This document shows, piece after piece, positions 37,560-51,018 of a stretch of DNA of 64,000 nt. The DNA lies in contig OZ336872.1 in assembly GCA_965287045.1 (NCBI GenBank), positions 15,066,001 to 15,130,000 on the forward strand. The letters run 5' to 3'. The DNA is from Carcharhinus amblyrhynchos (Eukaryota). How positions within the stretch are numbered: position 1 is the first letter of the stretch; each line of letters starts with the position of its first letter. The notes below the pieces were generated by a model. That model was not told where the DNA came from, searched no databases, and was given only the letters and a program-made list of their open reading frames with translations. Position numbers and translations under genes: made by a program.

Positions 37560-38134
37560 CTGTTTAAAGAAAATGAAGTCAATACAGTGAGTAGTGTTGT
37601 ATGTAAAAACTATGGCTATGACAGCACCACAATGGCAGCATTGACATGATGTCGCTCAATGCCACCTGTGAAACAGAAACTAATATTTTAATGCCCATAA
37701 TGACGTCACTTATGTCACAGCCCTTCCTTGTGACATCATAAAACATTTCAACCACCTGCAAAATTAAGCTTTACTTGAAGCCAACTATTTCCTTATCTCA
37801 CCAATAGCAGATGAAAGAACAAAATCAATGTAATTGCTCACACTTAGACAAGTGAAGACTAATTTTAAAATGTATTGCTATTAAGTTACGCATTCTTTTG
37901 AAACCCCAGAAAAACTACTTTCTGTTGCAAACTCTTGCACCGTGTACTCTAACACTCAGGATAAAACAACAGATTTTGCTATTTCCCTCCACAGGGTACA
38001 CATGCCCATAAATCTGATCTATGATCAGACTTATACGACCAATTTCTGCATAATTAATCAGACTGATCAGATTTTTCTGACGTTGAATCCATAAATACTG
38101 TGATTCCAATATTATTCAGATATGTGGTAGGATC

Positions 38135-38449
38135 CTAGAAGCCCTATAGTGCAGAAGGAGGCCATTCGGTCCATCAAGTCTGCCAAGTCCCACCAGGTCC
38201 CCTATCCCCATAACTCTATGCATTTACCTTAGCTAGTCCCCCGACGCTAAGGGGCAATTTAGCATAGCCAATCCACCTAATTCGCACATCTTTGGACTGT
38301 GGGAGGAAACCGGAGAACCCAGAGGAAACTCATGCAGACACAAGGAGAATGTGCAAACTCCACACAGACAGTGACCCAAGCCAGAAATCGAACCCAGGTC
38401 CCTGGCGCTGTGAGGCTTCAGTGCTAACCACTGTGCCATCATGTCACCC
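38135..38449 (-). mobile_element. HE1-type V-SINE
   Basis: Full reverse copy. Confidence 0.87.
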
Positions 38450-38896
38450 TATTGGTATTGTTGGATTTTTATTTAAATTTGCTGTAAATGTTGAATGTTA
38501 GTTCAATCATTCTGAAGGTGTTTCAACATTGAGCAACATGCCTTCATCCAGACCCACTGTTTGGCAAATTTTTTTTGAGTTGGTATGGAATATCACAGGA
38601 GTTGCTGAAAAATGCAAAATAAAAACAATTCTCACTAACTGAACAAAGCAGGGTTAAAAAATGATGGATAAGGATAACAGCTTTCTTTCAATCTTTGCTT
38701 GATAGAAATGCGACCTTTTGATGCATCAGATTGGAACAGTATACTGTGCAGTGCGGCAAAGTTGGTTACAACAACTAATGATGCAGAAAATTCTGCCATT
38801 GTATTTTAGATGCATGAGGGGCAATAGATATTCAAATAAATTCATAAAGACATAATTAAGGTTATGACTGGGGTAACACAGTTATTGCAACATAGT

Positions 38897-39227
38897 GGGG
38901 GCAGCACTATGGCATAATGGTTAGCACTACTGCAACATAGCACCAGGGACCTGTATTCGATTCCTGGCTTGGGTCACTGTCTGTGTGGAGTTTGCACATT
39001 CTCCCCGTCTCTGTGAGTTTTCTCTGGGTGCTCCAGTTTCCTCCCACAGTCCAAAGATGTACGGGTTAGGCTGATTGGCCATGCTAAATTGCCCCTTAGT
39101 GTCAGGGGACAAGCTAGGGTAAATGCTACAGGTTATGGGGATAGGGTCTGGGTGGGATTGTAGTTAGTGCAGACTCAATGGGCCAAAGGGCCTCTTTCTG
39201 CACTGTAGAATTCTAAGATTCTATGAA
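38897..39227 (+). mobile_element. HE1-type V-SINE
   Basis: Full forward copy. Confidence 0.87.
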
Positions 39228-40275
39228 CATCATATTACACGTTTTTGTAAAGGGTTTTATTACTTTGCCATGGAAAAATACAGAAGGGTTGCCCTGACAA
39301 GCAAATTCAAATGGGGTGCTGGTCATAAATCAACTTGCAACCACTATATTGAGATTTGTCACATTGATCCCTCCCACTGAATTTATTGCTAAGATCCAAA
39401 TCACTTAATTGACTTCTTCTGGGATGGAAGGGGGCGATGGGCTCTTGGTCTCTAAGTCAGGGAGAATAGTTAGGCAATCACGTCCAGGTTGCACATTTCC
39501 ACATTTCTCGAGGTATTAGCTGCCTGAATGTAGAACCAAAATCATTCAAGTGCTAAACACAGCCCTGAATTTGGAGTGCCAAGGCTCAAACACTTGGAGT
39601 TATACAATTTGAATGGAATAAGATCCCAAAATGTTCCTCAGGAATCAGGTTACAACTTCAGCCTTCTCAGAGAGGGAATTCCATTCTGCATGAAGGGACG
39701 TCCAATCATTTATTGCTGCACTTGCTCTATTTTCTTTCACTCATTTTCCTCCAGACTTGGATTGGCAAAGCATCTTGCTGTCCACTTTCCAGATATCCAG
39801 ACTCCTTGTCTATTGTTGAGCTCAACGTTTAATAGCAATGTCAGAAGTTGCAGGCCTTCTTTCATTATTTAAGAGGACTGCTCCCCAGCTTTTAGTTGAA
39901 TTTTAATCCAATGCTCCTGATTTTCGGTGCACAAGGGGCAGGCAGATTGGAGAACAGCCTTATGGATTTGTGGGCAATTTTGCTCAGACTACTTGCCTCT
40001 CATTTGCAACCTTATAACGCCCAACTGATCCAGGATAGATGATGCAGTGTTCACAGGTGCACTTGAAGCCTTCCATGGTCAGTGGAGAGAGTAGGACATC
40101 AACTAATTTTAACAAAAATGGATTATAATCTAGTTTTATTTTTATTATGTATATACATTAGCTGAGTGGACCATTGATACAAGCAATGTATTTATGTGAT
40201 GCCTCCTCCTGAGGGAAATGATAGGATGTTTAGTTCAAAACAACTGTAAGCTGAAAATATGAGAATGTTATTCAC

Positions 40276-40594
40276 AGAATCGCTACAGTGCAGGAGGAAG
40301 CCATTCGGCCCATTAAGTCTGCACCAATAACAATTCCACCCAGGCACCATCCCCGTAACCCCACATATTCATCCTGCTAGTCACCCTGAATCTAAGACCC
40401 AATTTAGCATGGTCAATCAACCTAACCTGCACATCTTTGGAGTGTGGGAGGAAACCAAAGTACCCGGAGGAAACCCACGCAGACACGGGGAGAACATGCA
40501 AACTCCACACAGACAGTCACCCGAGGCTGGAATTGAACCCAGGTCCCTGGCACTGTGAGGTAGCCATGCTAACCACTGTGCCACCATGCCACCC
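40276..40594 (-). mobile_element. HE1-type V-SINE
   Basis: Full reverse copy. Confidence 0.87.
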
Positions 40595-40819
40595 AAATTA
40601 CGTTCCAATTTTGAAACAGGATTCTGTGATAATCATAAAACTTATGTACATTAAATTTATTGTACTTTAATGTTTTGAATTTCTTGCCTTTATCAAAATA
40701 TTTTATCTTTGTGTAAAAATACCTTTCACTCTTTCTAACATTGATGGTATATTATACTGCCCTGGCCACTCTCATTGCTCTTTTAATTGAAGTAAAAAAA
40801 CATGATTTAGTTTACCACT

Positions 40820-41120
40820 GAGCGGCACGGTGGCACAATGGTTAGCACTGCTGCCTCACAGCGCCAACTGCAGGCTCAGACCACTGTCTGTGTGAAGTTT
40901 GCACATTCTCCCTGTGTTAGTGTGGGTTTCCTCTCGGTTTCCAGTTTCCTCTCTCAGTCCACAGATGCATGAGTTAGGCTGACTCACCGTGCTAAGCTGC
41001 CCCTTAGTGTCATGGGAATTAGCAGGGTAATTATGTGTGGTTATGTGGATTGGGTGGGATTGTGGTCGGTGTAAACTTGATGGGCTGAATGGTCTCCTTC
41101 TGCACTGTAGGGATTCTATG
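40820..41120 (+). mobile_element. HE1-type V-SINE
   Basis: Forward copy with deleted B-box region; ends gggattctatg. Confidence 0.85.
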
Positions 41121-41233
41121 ACTTGGATGCAGGGTACAAGTAGGCAAAGATATAAACTAACAAATCAAATGTTTCACATGTATTTGGAGTAAACTCTAGT
41201 ATGGAAGTTGTCTTAATGTGTGTGCATGCATAC

Positions 41234-41483
41234 CTCACTGTCACTTGCTGGGTTTTGTGCAGATAACTCTGGTTGGTCTTTGGGTTCTGCTGGCTCCTCT
41301 TGTTGCTGGTTGCTGTTTTCATCAGAGGCCTGATTGATCTCTGACTCCATCTCCCATTCTTTCCGCCTGGCTTTTCTCCGTCGCGTCTCCGCACCTACTG
41401 GGGGCTCCATTGATCCCTGGTTATGTTTCTGTACTGGACAATTCTGGTTCCCCTTGTGGCAGGCACAGTCTACTTTATATTTA
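41234..41483 (-). CDS. SETD5: SETD5 coding exon, 250 nt, post-SET ([19 protein letters not shown]...[12 protein letters not shown]...SDSE)
   Basis: ttgcag acceptor, GAG|gtatgc donor; post-SET CAC...C cysteines. Confidence 0.94.
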
Positions 41484-42427
41484 CTGCAATGAAGTGAATA
41501 ATACAAACTTTGTTAAATGAAGCCTTTCAGTTTCATTCTGATATTAAAATTCCTGACTAGACAGTATATTCAACCAGCTTTCCTCATTTGCATAAGTTGA
41601 CAAAGATGTGAAACGCACAGGAAGAGTACGCGACTCCTATTTGCATGTGAAGGTGTAAAAGAGCTCCTGTGTAAATCAAGAGATGCCAACTAAGTACTAA
41701 CTCTGATTGCTAACTCATCCTGCTCTCAAATAGCAGCTGTTCTGCTGCCTTGGACATTCAACATATTCAGTTTACACCATGTAAAAACAGGTGTACTGCT
41801 TGCAGGTAATGAAATGCACTAGTCAAAGCATGCAGACATTCAAATGAATATTCACCCTGCCCGAGAATACTTCCCATCCAAGAGAGAATTCCTAGCTCCA
41901 GGAAGGTTTGCAGAATTTAGATGGTCAAGTAGATCTGAGGAAGTCCAGGGCCAGTACATTTGAGACCAGCAGGTACCAACAAAGAATCATCATTACCTCT
42001 TTGACCCCAATCCCCTGCATCTCTTTTTTGGCCATTGAACAATCCCTAACAATTTAACCAAAACTTTAGAGTTATCCCCACCCAGAAAGATTTTCACACA
42101 TCTATTCTTCCTTGTCCCAGTCCCTCTCCAGCCTGCCAAATTCTCTGTCCCTCACAGAGAAGATTCTAAGTGTTTCCTTTTTCCTTCCCCTAGCCCTCTT
42201 GCCTTGTGTCCTGCCTATCCCACCCCTTGCCCATCCAATCCAACCTTTCCCTTATTTGATTTAAATAATGTAGTCTTGAACCCCTATTTGCACCAGCCAT
42301 CATTAGCTAGACCTGCTAAAAAGGCAAAAATGTAACCACTAAGTTTTTGTTCTACAACAGTGGTTGGTTCAGAAAAAAAAGTATCATGTATCTTGAGAAC
42401 TCCTGTAAGAAAGATGATCTGACTTAC

Positions 42428-42537
42428 CAGCTGCTGTATTCATAGTCAAAGCCAATGGTCACCTCACTGTCCTTTGGGATGTTTGTGATGGCGTATATAC
42501 AAAGGTGGATCATCCCATCAGCGATCATGTGCCGAAC
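42428..42537 (-). CDS. SETD5: SETD5 coding exon, 110 nt, SET C-terminal part ([36 protein letters not shown])
   Basis: cccctag acceptor, CTG|gtaagt donor; EVTI.FDY motif. Confidence 0.95.
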
Positions 42538-43249
42538 CTAGGGGAAATAGTATGCAAGTTGTAGCTAGCTTCTTTTTCTTTTATGATTCTTAAATAGGTC
42601 AAACCCAATTTATCTCACTTGCTGCCATCGCGGTTTTGTACAGTCTTTTTTTAGCTAGCAGAATTGTGCCAAAGGGTTGCCAACATAGGACAATATAAAT
42701 AAGGGCTCTAATTCTAGCTGAAAGGAACACTAACAAAATTTATGTGACTGCAGCATTAAAAAAATGTACAATCTGTTAAGAACACTAGTTAACACTAGTT
42801 AAGAACAGTATCTTACAGCAAATGAACCCAAATGCAGGGGCAAAAATATACAATCAAAAATTATAAACTTTTGTATTTTACAACTTAGTAAAATTGTATT
42901 TCAAGTAAACCTAAATAACGAGGGTGAAACAGTTAGGGAAGGACATCAGAGTAACTTTAATGGTGAAGGTAATATTTATTTCAAAACATACTATTTTAAT
43001 ATTGAAAGAAATGTTGCACATCTAGGAATTTATGGAAAGTTTACTGGAAGGAAAGACACTGATGCACTGGGAAGGAACAAAAGAAGCAGCAAGGATAATT
43101 CAGGAATTATAGCCTCTTAATTATGGAAAGACAGCCACAAAATAAATGCTTTTGCGTTTAGAAAAAGGATTCAGAAATAAAAGAGGAATGTATAATGTAA
43201 ACACGAGCAGATTTCTTGGCTTATTCTGTGACACAGATATAAAACCAAT

Positions 43250-43390
43250 CAACTTCAACGAAAGAGTCATCTGGACTCGAAATGTCAGCTTTCTTCTCTC
43301 CTTATAGATGCTGCCAGACCCACTGAGATTTTCCAGCATTTCTTTTTTTGGTTTCAGATTCCAGCATCCACAGTAATTTGCTTTTAACTT
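43250..43390 (+). mobile_element. Penelope-type terminal fragment with decayed hammerhead core
   Basis: caacgaaa-gagtc-atctg-gactc-gaaat followed by agatgctgccagacc...ttccagcatccacagtaatttgctttt. Confidence 0.65.
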
Positions 43391-44584
43391 CAACCAAATG
43401 CAGCAGATTTGAAAAGATCTTACTTTGATGATTTTGGCATTCTGATTATGCTGTTTCTGCAGAATCTTAGAACAATTTATGATAAAAATGCCAACACTGA
43501 ATTAAATGAGGCTGTTAAAGGGTTAGATACATATAACAGTACACATTGAGATTTAGAGATTCCAGTGAACATTGGCACCTAATGTGGGGATGTTTCTATA
43601 TGTGTGAGCTCAGTATAAAACATCTGCCGTGAATATGCTTTCAAAAGGTGGGGTTAATTGTTTCGACTTGAGCAGCCTACTGAATGGAGAAGGAATTGCA
43701 GGTCCTGCACTCCTACTTCTTGTAAACACTCAAAACTATGTGAAAAAGAGACATGGAGCATTCAGCCAACCAACTAATTAGGTCTGGGGAGAAAGCCTGG
43801 CCTTAGCAAAAGTGCAAATTTATTCATCTCAAGCCCTGAGCTGATCCATTCAAAGGTTGCTCATGAAAAGTTAATCAAGACTGCTAAAGAAGATTGTTTT
43901 GCTTAATGTTTTCTTCCATTGAGTTAATTAAACCAAGATGTTTTTCATCTGTTATTCAGGTTTGTTGTCTGCAAAACAAAATAGCTTAAAATGTGCAGCA
44001 GGCCCCATCTAACTACAGGATTTCAGTCTGCCATCAGAAACATTGGCAAAGCATGTTTTATCAAACATGAAAGCTACAATATCAGTTTGGATTGCTGGAG
44101 GTTCTTTCTGTTACACCCCAGGACATACTTTTTGAAAAATACTTTTTTTTAATAGGAAGTGGGTGTCCCTGGCAAGGTCAACATATATTTCATCTCGAAT
44201 TAGAGTCAAAGAGATATGCAGTATGGAAACAGGCCCTTCGGCCCAATCGTACAAGATACTGCATATAGATGCTGGGGATATGGCAACTGTCAAGAGTCTA
44301 TAACACTCATATTGCTTATGAATGTGACTAACATTACCATACCAAAGACCTGCAGGCTCAAAACCTGTAACACTCCCATGGACTAGTACAGATCTCCTAC
44401 TACATCAGTTGACATCCTTTATAGGAAATCATTGGCTGTGCTGTCAAAGGGACAAGCTCAATTCTAAAGGAAAATTGTGGCCTATTCTTCTGTCTCCTCC
44501 AGCAGACACAGTGGCACTTGCAAAGTCTACTCAAGTTTTCCAGGGGGGAACCGAGAAAGAGAATTTGATTTATTTTTGTCACAT

Positions 44585-44882
44585 GTATTGGGATACAGTG
44601 ATACAGCACTATGCAAACAAAGCATACCGTACATTGAGAACATAGGGAAGAAGGAAAGGAGAGGGTGTTATAATCATCACCAGGGTGTTGAGAAAGATCA
44701 GCTTAATTTAAGGTAGGCCCATTCAAAAGTTTGATGGCAGCGGGGAAGAAGCTGTTCTTGAGTAAGTTGGTAAGTGATCTCAGACTTTTGTATCTTTTTT
44801 CTGGTGGAAGAAGTGGAAGAGAGTATGTTCGGGGTGCATGGGGTCCTTGATTATACTGGCTGCTTTTCTGAGGCAGAGGGAA
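44585..44882 (-). mobile_element. Rex1/Babar-type LINE 3' end
   Basis: Frameshifted peptide CLRKAASIIKDPMHP.HTLF / LLPPEKRYKSLRSLTNLLKNSFFPAAIKLLN from ORFs 44780..45010 and 44703..44951. Confidence 0.75.
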
Positions 44883-45744
44883 ACCCAAACAAGAAGTGGG
44901 AAGAGGTATATTTTTGTAGGTACAGAACATAGCTGCTTCATTGTCTCGCATTTTGGGGAAGCAAGGAAAGACAGCAAGGTGCTTAGGTCAGGAAGTCTGC
45001 TCCACATCACAGCAAAGAATTTTTAACTTAATCATTCTGATACTAATGTCAAAGCTGTCTATTTAAAGACCTATGCTTCTATAACTAATTGTCCAAATAA
45101 ACTAGAAAATTCTCAGAGTTACATTAGTGAAAAACGTGCGAATGGCTTTTTGGCATCTGTTCGGGATATCATGACAATATTGTGGAGTCAGGTCGAGTGC
45201 AAATTGCCAACACTGTACATAAATTGATATTGGTTATCTTTATTCTGTACTTTAACCACTATATGAGGTGTTCATTCTGTGCTGATTCTAGCCAAATTTG
45301 CCCCATTAAATTGACAACAGTAACATCCATTCTCAGTAGTCAAGTCAAAGAATTCTTATTTTTTCTCAACTCAATAAATGGGTTTTAGGGATTCAATTCA
45401 TTCAGATAATAAATTAATATATTCATTAAATGCTAACATTATTATTTTAGAAGTATTCAATTTGGTCCAGTAGATCGATTATGGGCAAAATAATCTTTAT
45501 ATCGGGTTGCCTCATAATTTAACGTCTTAATATATAGCCCTGCAAATATTGTGAATAAACAGTAACACATGACAACAATGTGTATATTTAAGAAGGTATT
45601 TGTATAGCAATGCAAATGAACATTTTTATTCACAATCACAGCACCATGATAGGCATAGTTAATTTTTAATCACTTCTTGAAAAATTATTTCAATTAATTA
45701 TCATAATATATACAGTTGAACTGGTAGAAACACACTTAAAATTA

Positions 45745-45906
<162 letters not shown>

Positions 45907-46010
45907 TTAACTCTGAATTGGAAGTTATTTTACCAAACCAGAAGTCCTTCACGTGTGCTCAATAAATGCATTAAAACCAAGAACTGTTGAGAAAACTCAG
46001 CAGTTAAGCA

Positions 46011-46129
46011 GGGAGGTTAGCAGGGTAAATATGTGGGGTTACGGGGATGGGTCCAGGTGAGTTTGTTGTCAGTGCAAGCTCACTGAACCAACTGGCCTCT
46101 TTCTGCACTGCAAGGATTCTATGATTCTA
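46011..46129 (+). mobile_element. 5'-truncated HE1-type SINE (tail only)
   Basis: ttagcagggtaaatatgtgggg...ctgcactgcaaggattctatgattcta. Confidence 0.75.
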
Positions 46130-46484
46130 GTCTGATCCAGCATCAACACATTCACAGTGTCAACCACATGAAGATCAGGAGCAAGATGCAGAATTAATCA
46201 AAGTACTAAAGCTAAGCATAATGCATTTTCATTCCTCTTACTGAAAAATTAATCAACACAGGCCAGAGAATAAATCATATTACGTAGTGCATTAGCCACT
46301 ATAGTGCTATCAACATGACCAGTGAGTTGTGGGGATGTGGTTCACACTTGACCTCAGAAAGAAACTTCTTTTTAGCTTAAATTGCCTTGACATCCTCAAA
46401 AGTGGCTCCATTTTGGGAAGGTCAAAAACCACAAAAGTTACCATTATTGGAGCAACCAGAGGCTCAGACTCAACGCAATCCTAC

Positions 46485-46633
46485 CTTTTAAAGAAATGTC
46501 CATTAACTTCAAACTGCTGCCTTAGCATCACTTTACCACGATATTCAATAATAAGTATGTCCGGTGTTAGGTCTCTAGCTGCTCGCAAAATTTTGCGATG
46601 CCGCTGAACTCTTGTGACTTTACCAAGCTGCAG
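46485..46633 (-). CDS. SETD5: SETD5 coding exon, 149 nt, start of SET domain ([49 protein letters not shown])
   Basis: ttgatag acceptor, AAG|gtagga donor; IIEYRG SET motif. Confidence 0.95.
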
Positions 46634-47091
46634 CTATCAACAGGAAGAAAATACATAGATAAAAAGGCTACTATTTTACTACTAATGTGGACTAGCCTGC
46701 TGGTTTAATTGACTTTACAACATAAGGTATAACTGAGAAAAAAATAACTTTAAATAGACTAAATAGCTACATTTTAGTTTAGAAAATTAAAGACAGCATT
46801 ACAGGTTAAAACGCACAGCACATGAGAACTATCTAGTAGATCCACTCTTGACTATACTCCTGAATTGGCAGTAGATAATTTAAGTTAATTCTGACTGTTC
46901 TATTCCAGAAAGGTTGTTGATAACAGATGCAATTGGAGCCAATCTTTCCTATTTTATATTTCTTTACAGTGAAGCATACACCTTCTAACAAAACCACCCC
47001 AAAGTTTTAGTAAGTGTCTGTTTATTTGTGTTCACCAATTGATGCCATCCACCTGCATATAATTGAACACAATTGAGATATTACCACTTAC

Positions 47092-47334
47092 CTGCATCTG
47101 AGAGCCAAGAATTGTGTTGTTACAGGCCAGTTCAGTTTTATTAATAGTGTCCAGCACCACATTTTTTCCCACAGAGTCTTTCATGGTTAACCGATACAAT
47201 TCTAAAAGGTTCTGTACATCCGCACTGTATTGATTTGCAAAGGATTCCTCGTACTGATCGGTCCAAAGGCGTATCCGGTTCTCCCAACCCTCTGCTGTAT
47301 TTTCATCCAACGCGTGAGCCTCTGATAATGAGTT
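47092..47334 (-). CDS. SETD5: SETD5 coding exon, 243 nt ([30 protein letters not shown]...GSQMQ)
   Basis: atttag acceptor, CAG|gtaagt donor; strong SETD5 similarity. Confidence 0.95.
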
Positions 47335-47580
47335 CTAAATGTAAAAATCAGCAACATTGAACAAACTAAGTCTGCTTCCCAAATGGAAAGATCATTGTCA
47401 ACAATAATGTAGGTCCTTCAAACTCTCCCAGTATTTTTGCATCTGGTTCCAGAATATTACTCCACTTAGAGTGCGAGTAGAGTTTCTCAGAAAAATGATA
47501 ATGTTAAATTCCCCTCCCCCATCCCAATGTGAACATTTCCACTCTACAGTGCAACATGGAATACTTCTTGAAGGAAACCT

Positions 47581-47679
47581 GGGCTGGAATTCTCCGACTA
47601 TTCATGCCCTACCATATCTCCGTTCACTCCAGCGGGACGGGAGAATCCCAGCTGCAAGGGAGGTTGGGGAATCCAGCCC
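47581..47679. mobile_element. Short MITE (GGGC-terminal TIRs, PIF/Harbinger-like by inference)
   Basis: gggctggaattctcc ... ggggaatccagccc terminal inverted repeat. Confidence 0.6.
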
Positions 47680-49190
47680 CTGGTCTATTACGGAAAAGTC
47701 TACCAGCCTCAACTGATCTGATTTCTGACCGAAGGAACAAGGTTAAACCACCAAAGTTTACAGCACAGTATATACCAACTTTCTCACTGTGTCCTTGCCA
47801 GCTCTTTGCTAGAATAATCCATAATTAACCCAACAGCCTATCTCTTCTTGCTCCTCATAAACTTACGTCATCCTCTTCATTAAATTTCTATCCAATTTTC
47901 TCTGAAGGAAATGCAAATCTCAGCTTCAATTACCCTTTTGATATAGTTTTCAGCTGTGTAAACTCTACATAAATATTTTTCCCCCAATTTCTCTGCTCAT
48001 TGTCTTAATGACAATTTTAATTTGAAGGCCTTTCTCACTGACTCCTTAATTGGAGGAAACAGTTCTTCGTTCATTCTGTCCAAGCTTTTTAATCAAATCT
48101 CTTTATCTTTTTTATTTCAGCACCTCAAATTTTTCAAGACAGAAAATTAAAAATAATGGCTATGACCAAACTGTTGATGTTCAATATAAATTATTTTGTT
48201 TGGAACAGCTAAACCTTTATAAAAAGATTTATAAATCTGCTTGTCCAATATCAATCATTCCATTTTGAATCTTGTGCTTGGCAGATGTGCTTGCATTTAC
48301 ACATTCATGTTTAAGATTCCAAACATTTGGGACTTGGGTGAACATTGCATCAATAACCAAGACTGTATCAATAATAAACACTGCGCAAGGAAGTGAAGGA
48401 ACTAGAAGTCAGACTTGTGATTCCCACAGTCTGATCTCACCCACATAAGTCAATGAAGCAACTGAGCTCAGGCAAGCTTCCCACTTCATTTAACGCCCCC
48501 AGTGACAGGAAGAAAGCAGGCAGACAAGTCATTTTTATACATCTCTGAGCGGCTGGCTCAAAACCTGTCTTGGCAAAAGCCAAGCAGCACAGGATCTGCC
48601 CACTCACTGGGCATTCTAACATTATCAGTATTTTGTTGAAAAGTTCTCAAAAAAATCAAATTAAAAATACATGGAAAAAACAATTTTGGGAGAGTTTGAA
48701 GAAAAATAAAATAAGTCAACCAATAAGTAATGATTAACCTCAAAGCTTTAGGCTTTAAAAGTCTGTTGATTATGAAATGAAACAAAGACTGAAGATTCTG
48801 AGCTTGTACTGTTGTGAAGCCTGAAGAAGATGATGTGTTTAATTATTGATGGAGTATAGACCTTTTGCGAAACAAAAAGGAGAAAGTATAATTACAGATC
48901 AACTCACATTTAGAAAGGCTTTCGAAAACAAAATAGGACTTCGCTGTAGATTTGGACAACCGCTTCAATCTAATTAAAAAGCAACAAAGGACTGTCATGG
49001 CCTATCAAAGCTTGGGACAGAGGGGACTGTCAGTGGCTAAATGGAATTTTGGAAGAAAGGATGTTACATCTGAAGCCAACAAAAGAAAACTCTGCAAATT
49101 AGATATTTACAGATCAACCAGCAATTTAAGAACTGTGTGCAATAGCAACGAATGGAAGTTCCAGCCCAGAAGAGCTCGAATGGAGATGCT

Positions 49191-49296
49191 GGGTGGAATC
49201 TTCCCGTCCCGTGCACCACGGTAATCGTAGCGGGCAGGACACAGGCCACGCAAAGGACCACTGCCTTGGGACGAGTGTGGCTAGAAAATCCTGCCC
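49191..49296. mobile_element. Short MITE
   Basis: gggtggaatcttc ... agaaaatcctgccc imperfect TIRs around a CpG-rich interior. Confidence 0.55.
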
Positions 49297-49388
49297 TCAA
49301 TCCCAAATCTGAAAATTACAGCAGAAACTTTTACTTAGCCAAGATTGGCCATTTTGAAATAAATGTAAAACTCTCTCTCAACCCATAC

Positions 49389-49427
49389 CTTCATCCTCAT
49401 GGATCTTCTGGATCCTTCTCGAAAGGC
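49389..49427 (-). CDS. SETD5: SETD5 39-nt exon, probably a cassette (AFREGSRRSMRMK)
   Basis: ttgttgtttgtag acceptor, AAG|gtatgg donor; phase 0/0; matches the AFREGSRKS motif of KMT2E and longer SETD5 isoforms. Confidence 0.88.
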
Positions 49428-51018
49428 CTACAAACAACAAAATCATAGAAAAATTATTGTGGAACCACTTAATCAGCTCTGCTTGTGCTCGTTAATTATC
49501 CAATGTAATTTAAGCCTCTCAAACCCAGGAATGCTTTTCAAAATAAAAGCAAACCTTGGGGAATCAACCAAGAACCTATGTTTTCATGGGAGTTCATCCA
49601 CATTAGGCCTCAACTCCTCTCCCAACTAAATTCGCCATGGAGATATAAAGATAACTGCATTTATAGGGTACAAGCTCCTTCACGGAGAAATAATCATAAC
49701 CACTTTTAGATAAAATCGAGAGTGAACAAAGCAAGTTCTCTTAAACAGCTTCTTAATGGAATTTAACAAAATAACTATATACCAAAGCTTTGTTTCTGGT
49801 ATGCTCCAGTGAATTGTGTTTTCTACAATGGTACCTGGAAGAAGAGGCAGAATAATCATTTACTTCATGTCTTCAATCTGCAGGGAAAATCTGCTGAAAA
49901 TAACATCCCAAACAAACCCCCACCCCACCCTGTCCACACCACCAATCTTCCCTGCCCAGTATATGCAGATACAATTTATTATGGCAAACCTAGAATAGGT
50001 ATTTCTCTCCACCACACGGTAGAAGGGAAATCTGCTGACAATGCATCCTGCAATCTTCAATTAAATTTAATGTTCCAAATTTGCTTTGTAAGTGATGAAT
50101 TTTCAAATGTTGCTACACGGGGGGAAATCCCATGCAAATCTGACACAGAGCAGACACCTTGCCTCCACTTGTAAAAATATCATCAGCTTTTAAAGGAAAA
50201 GCTATCATTACAGACATGTTCCTTTGTCAGCATACAGTTACAAAAATTACATGCTAATCAGTCATCAGATATAGAACAAAACACAGAACACAGAATTGTG
50301 AAACACAGCAGGCTTGGCCCCAGCTGCACAAAATCTTGCCAATCCCCTGGAATCTCCTTGGGAACTGTCAAGGGCTCTACAGGCAGAATCACAGGAGGAA
50401 GCCGTTCATCTGTTGTGTCTGTGCAGGCTCTCTAAGGGGCAATTCACCTAGTGAATTCTTCCTTTTCAGGTAATAATCCAATATTCTCTTGAATTCCTTT
50501 CATGCAATGTATTAAAGATCCTAACCATTCAATGCATGGAAAAGATTTCCTCATGTTGTCACTGCTCCTTTTGCCAATTACCTTAAATCTGTACCCTCTT
50601 GCTACTGATTCTTCCACTAGTAAGGAAAACATTTTTCCCTATCCACGCTAAGCAGAACCCTCATAACTTTTGAATACCACTATCAAATCTCTTTTCAAGC
50701 TTCTCTTCTCCAAGGAAACTGCTCCAACTTCTCCAATCTATCCACATAACAGATGTTCCTCATCTTGAGAATCATCTTGTGAATCTTTTCTGCACTCTCA
50801 CTATTATTTTCATATCCTACCTGAAGTGGGGTGTCCAGAATTGGACACAGTCAATACTGTGAGACCAGGCCTGTGTTTTATATAAGTTTAACGCAACTTT
50901 CTTGTTTTTGTATTCGTATGGCCTATTAATAAAGCCGCGGATGCTGTATGCTTTATTAGAGGCACTCAAACTTTCAGGCCAACTTCAATGATTTATATAT
51001 CTATACCCTCCGATACCA

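Noticed and set aside
39640-40100. Coding-like non-repetitive segment between SINEs
   Set aside because: Stops interrupt the frames examined and no family could be recognised
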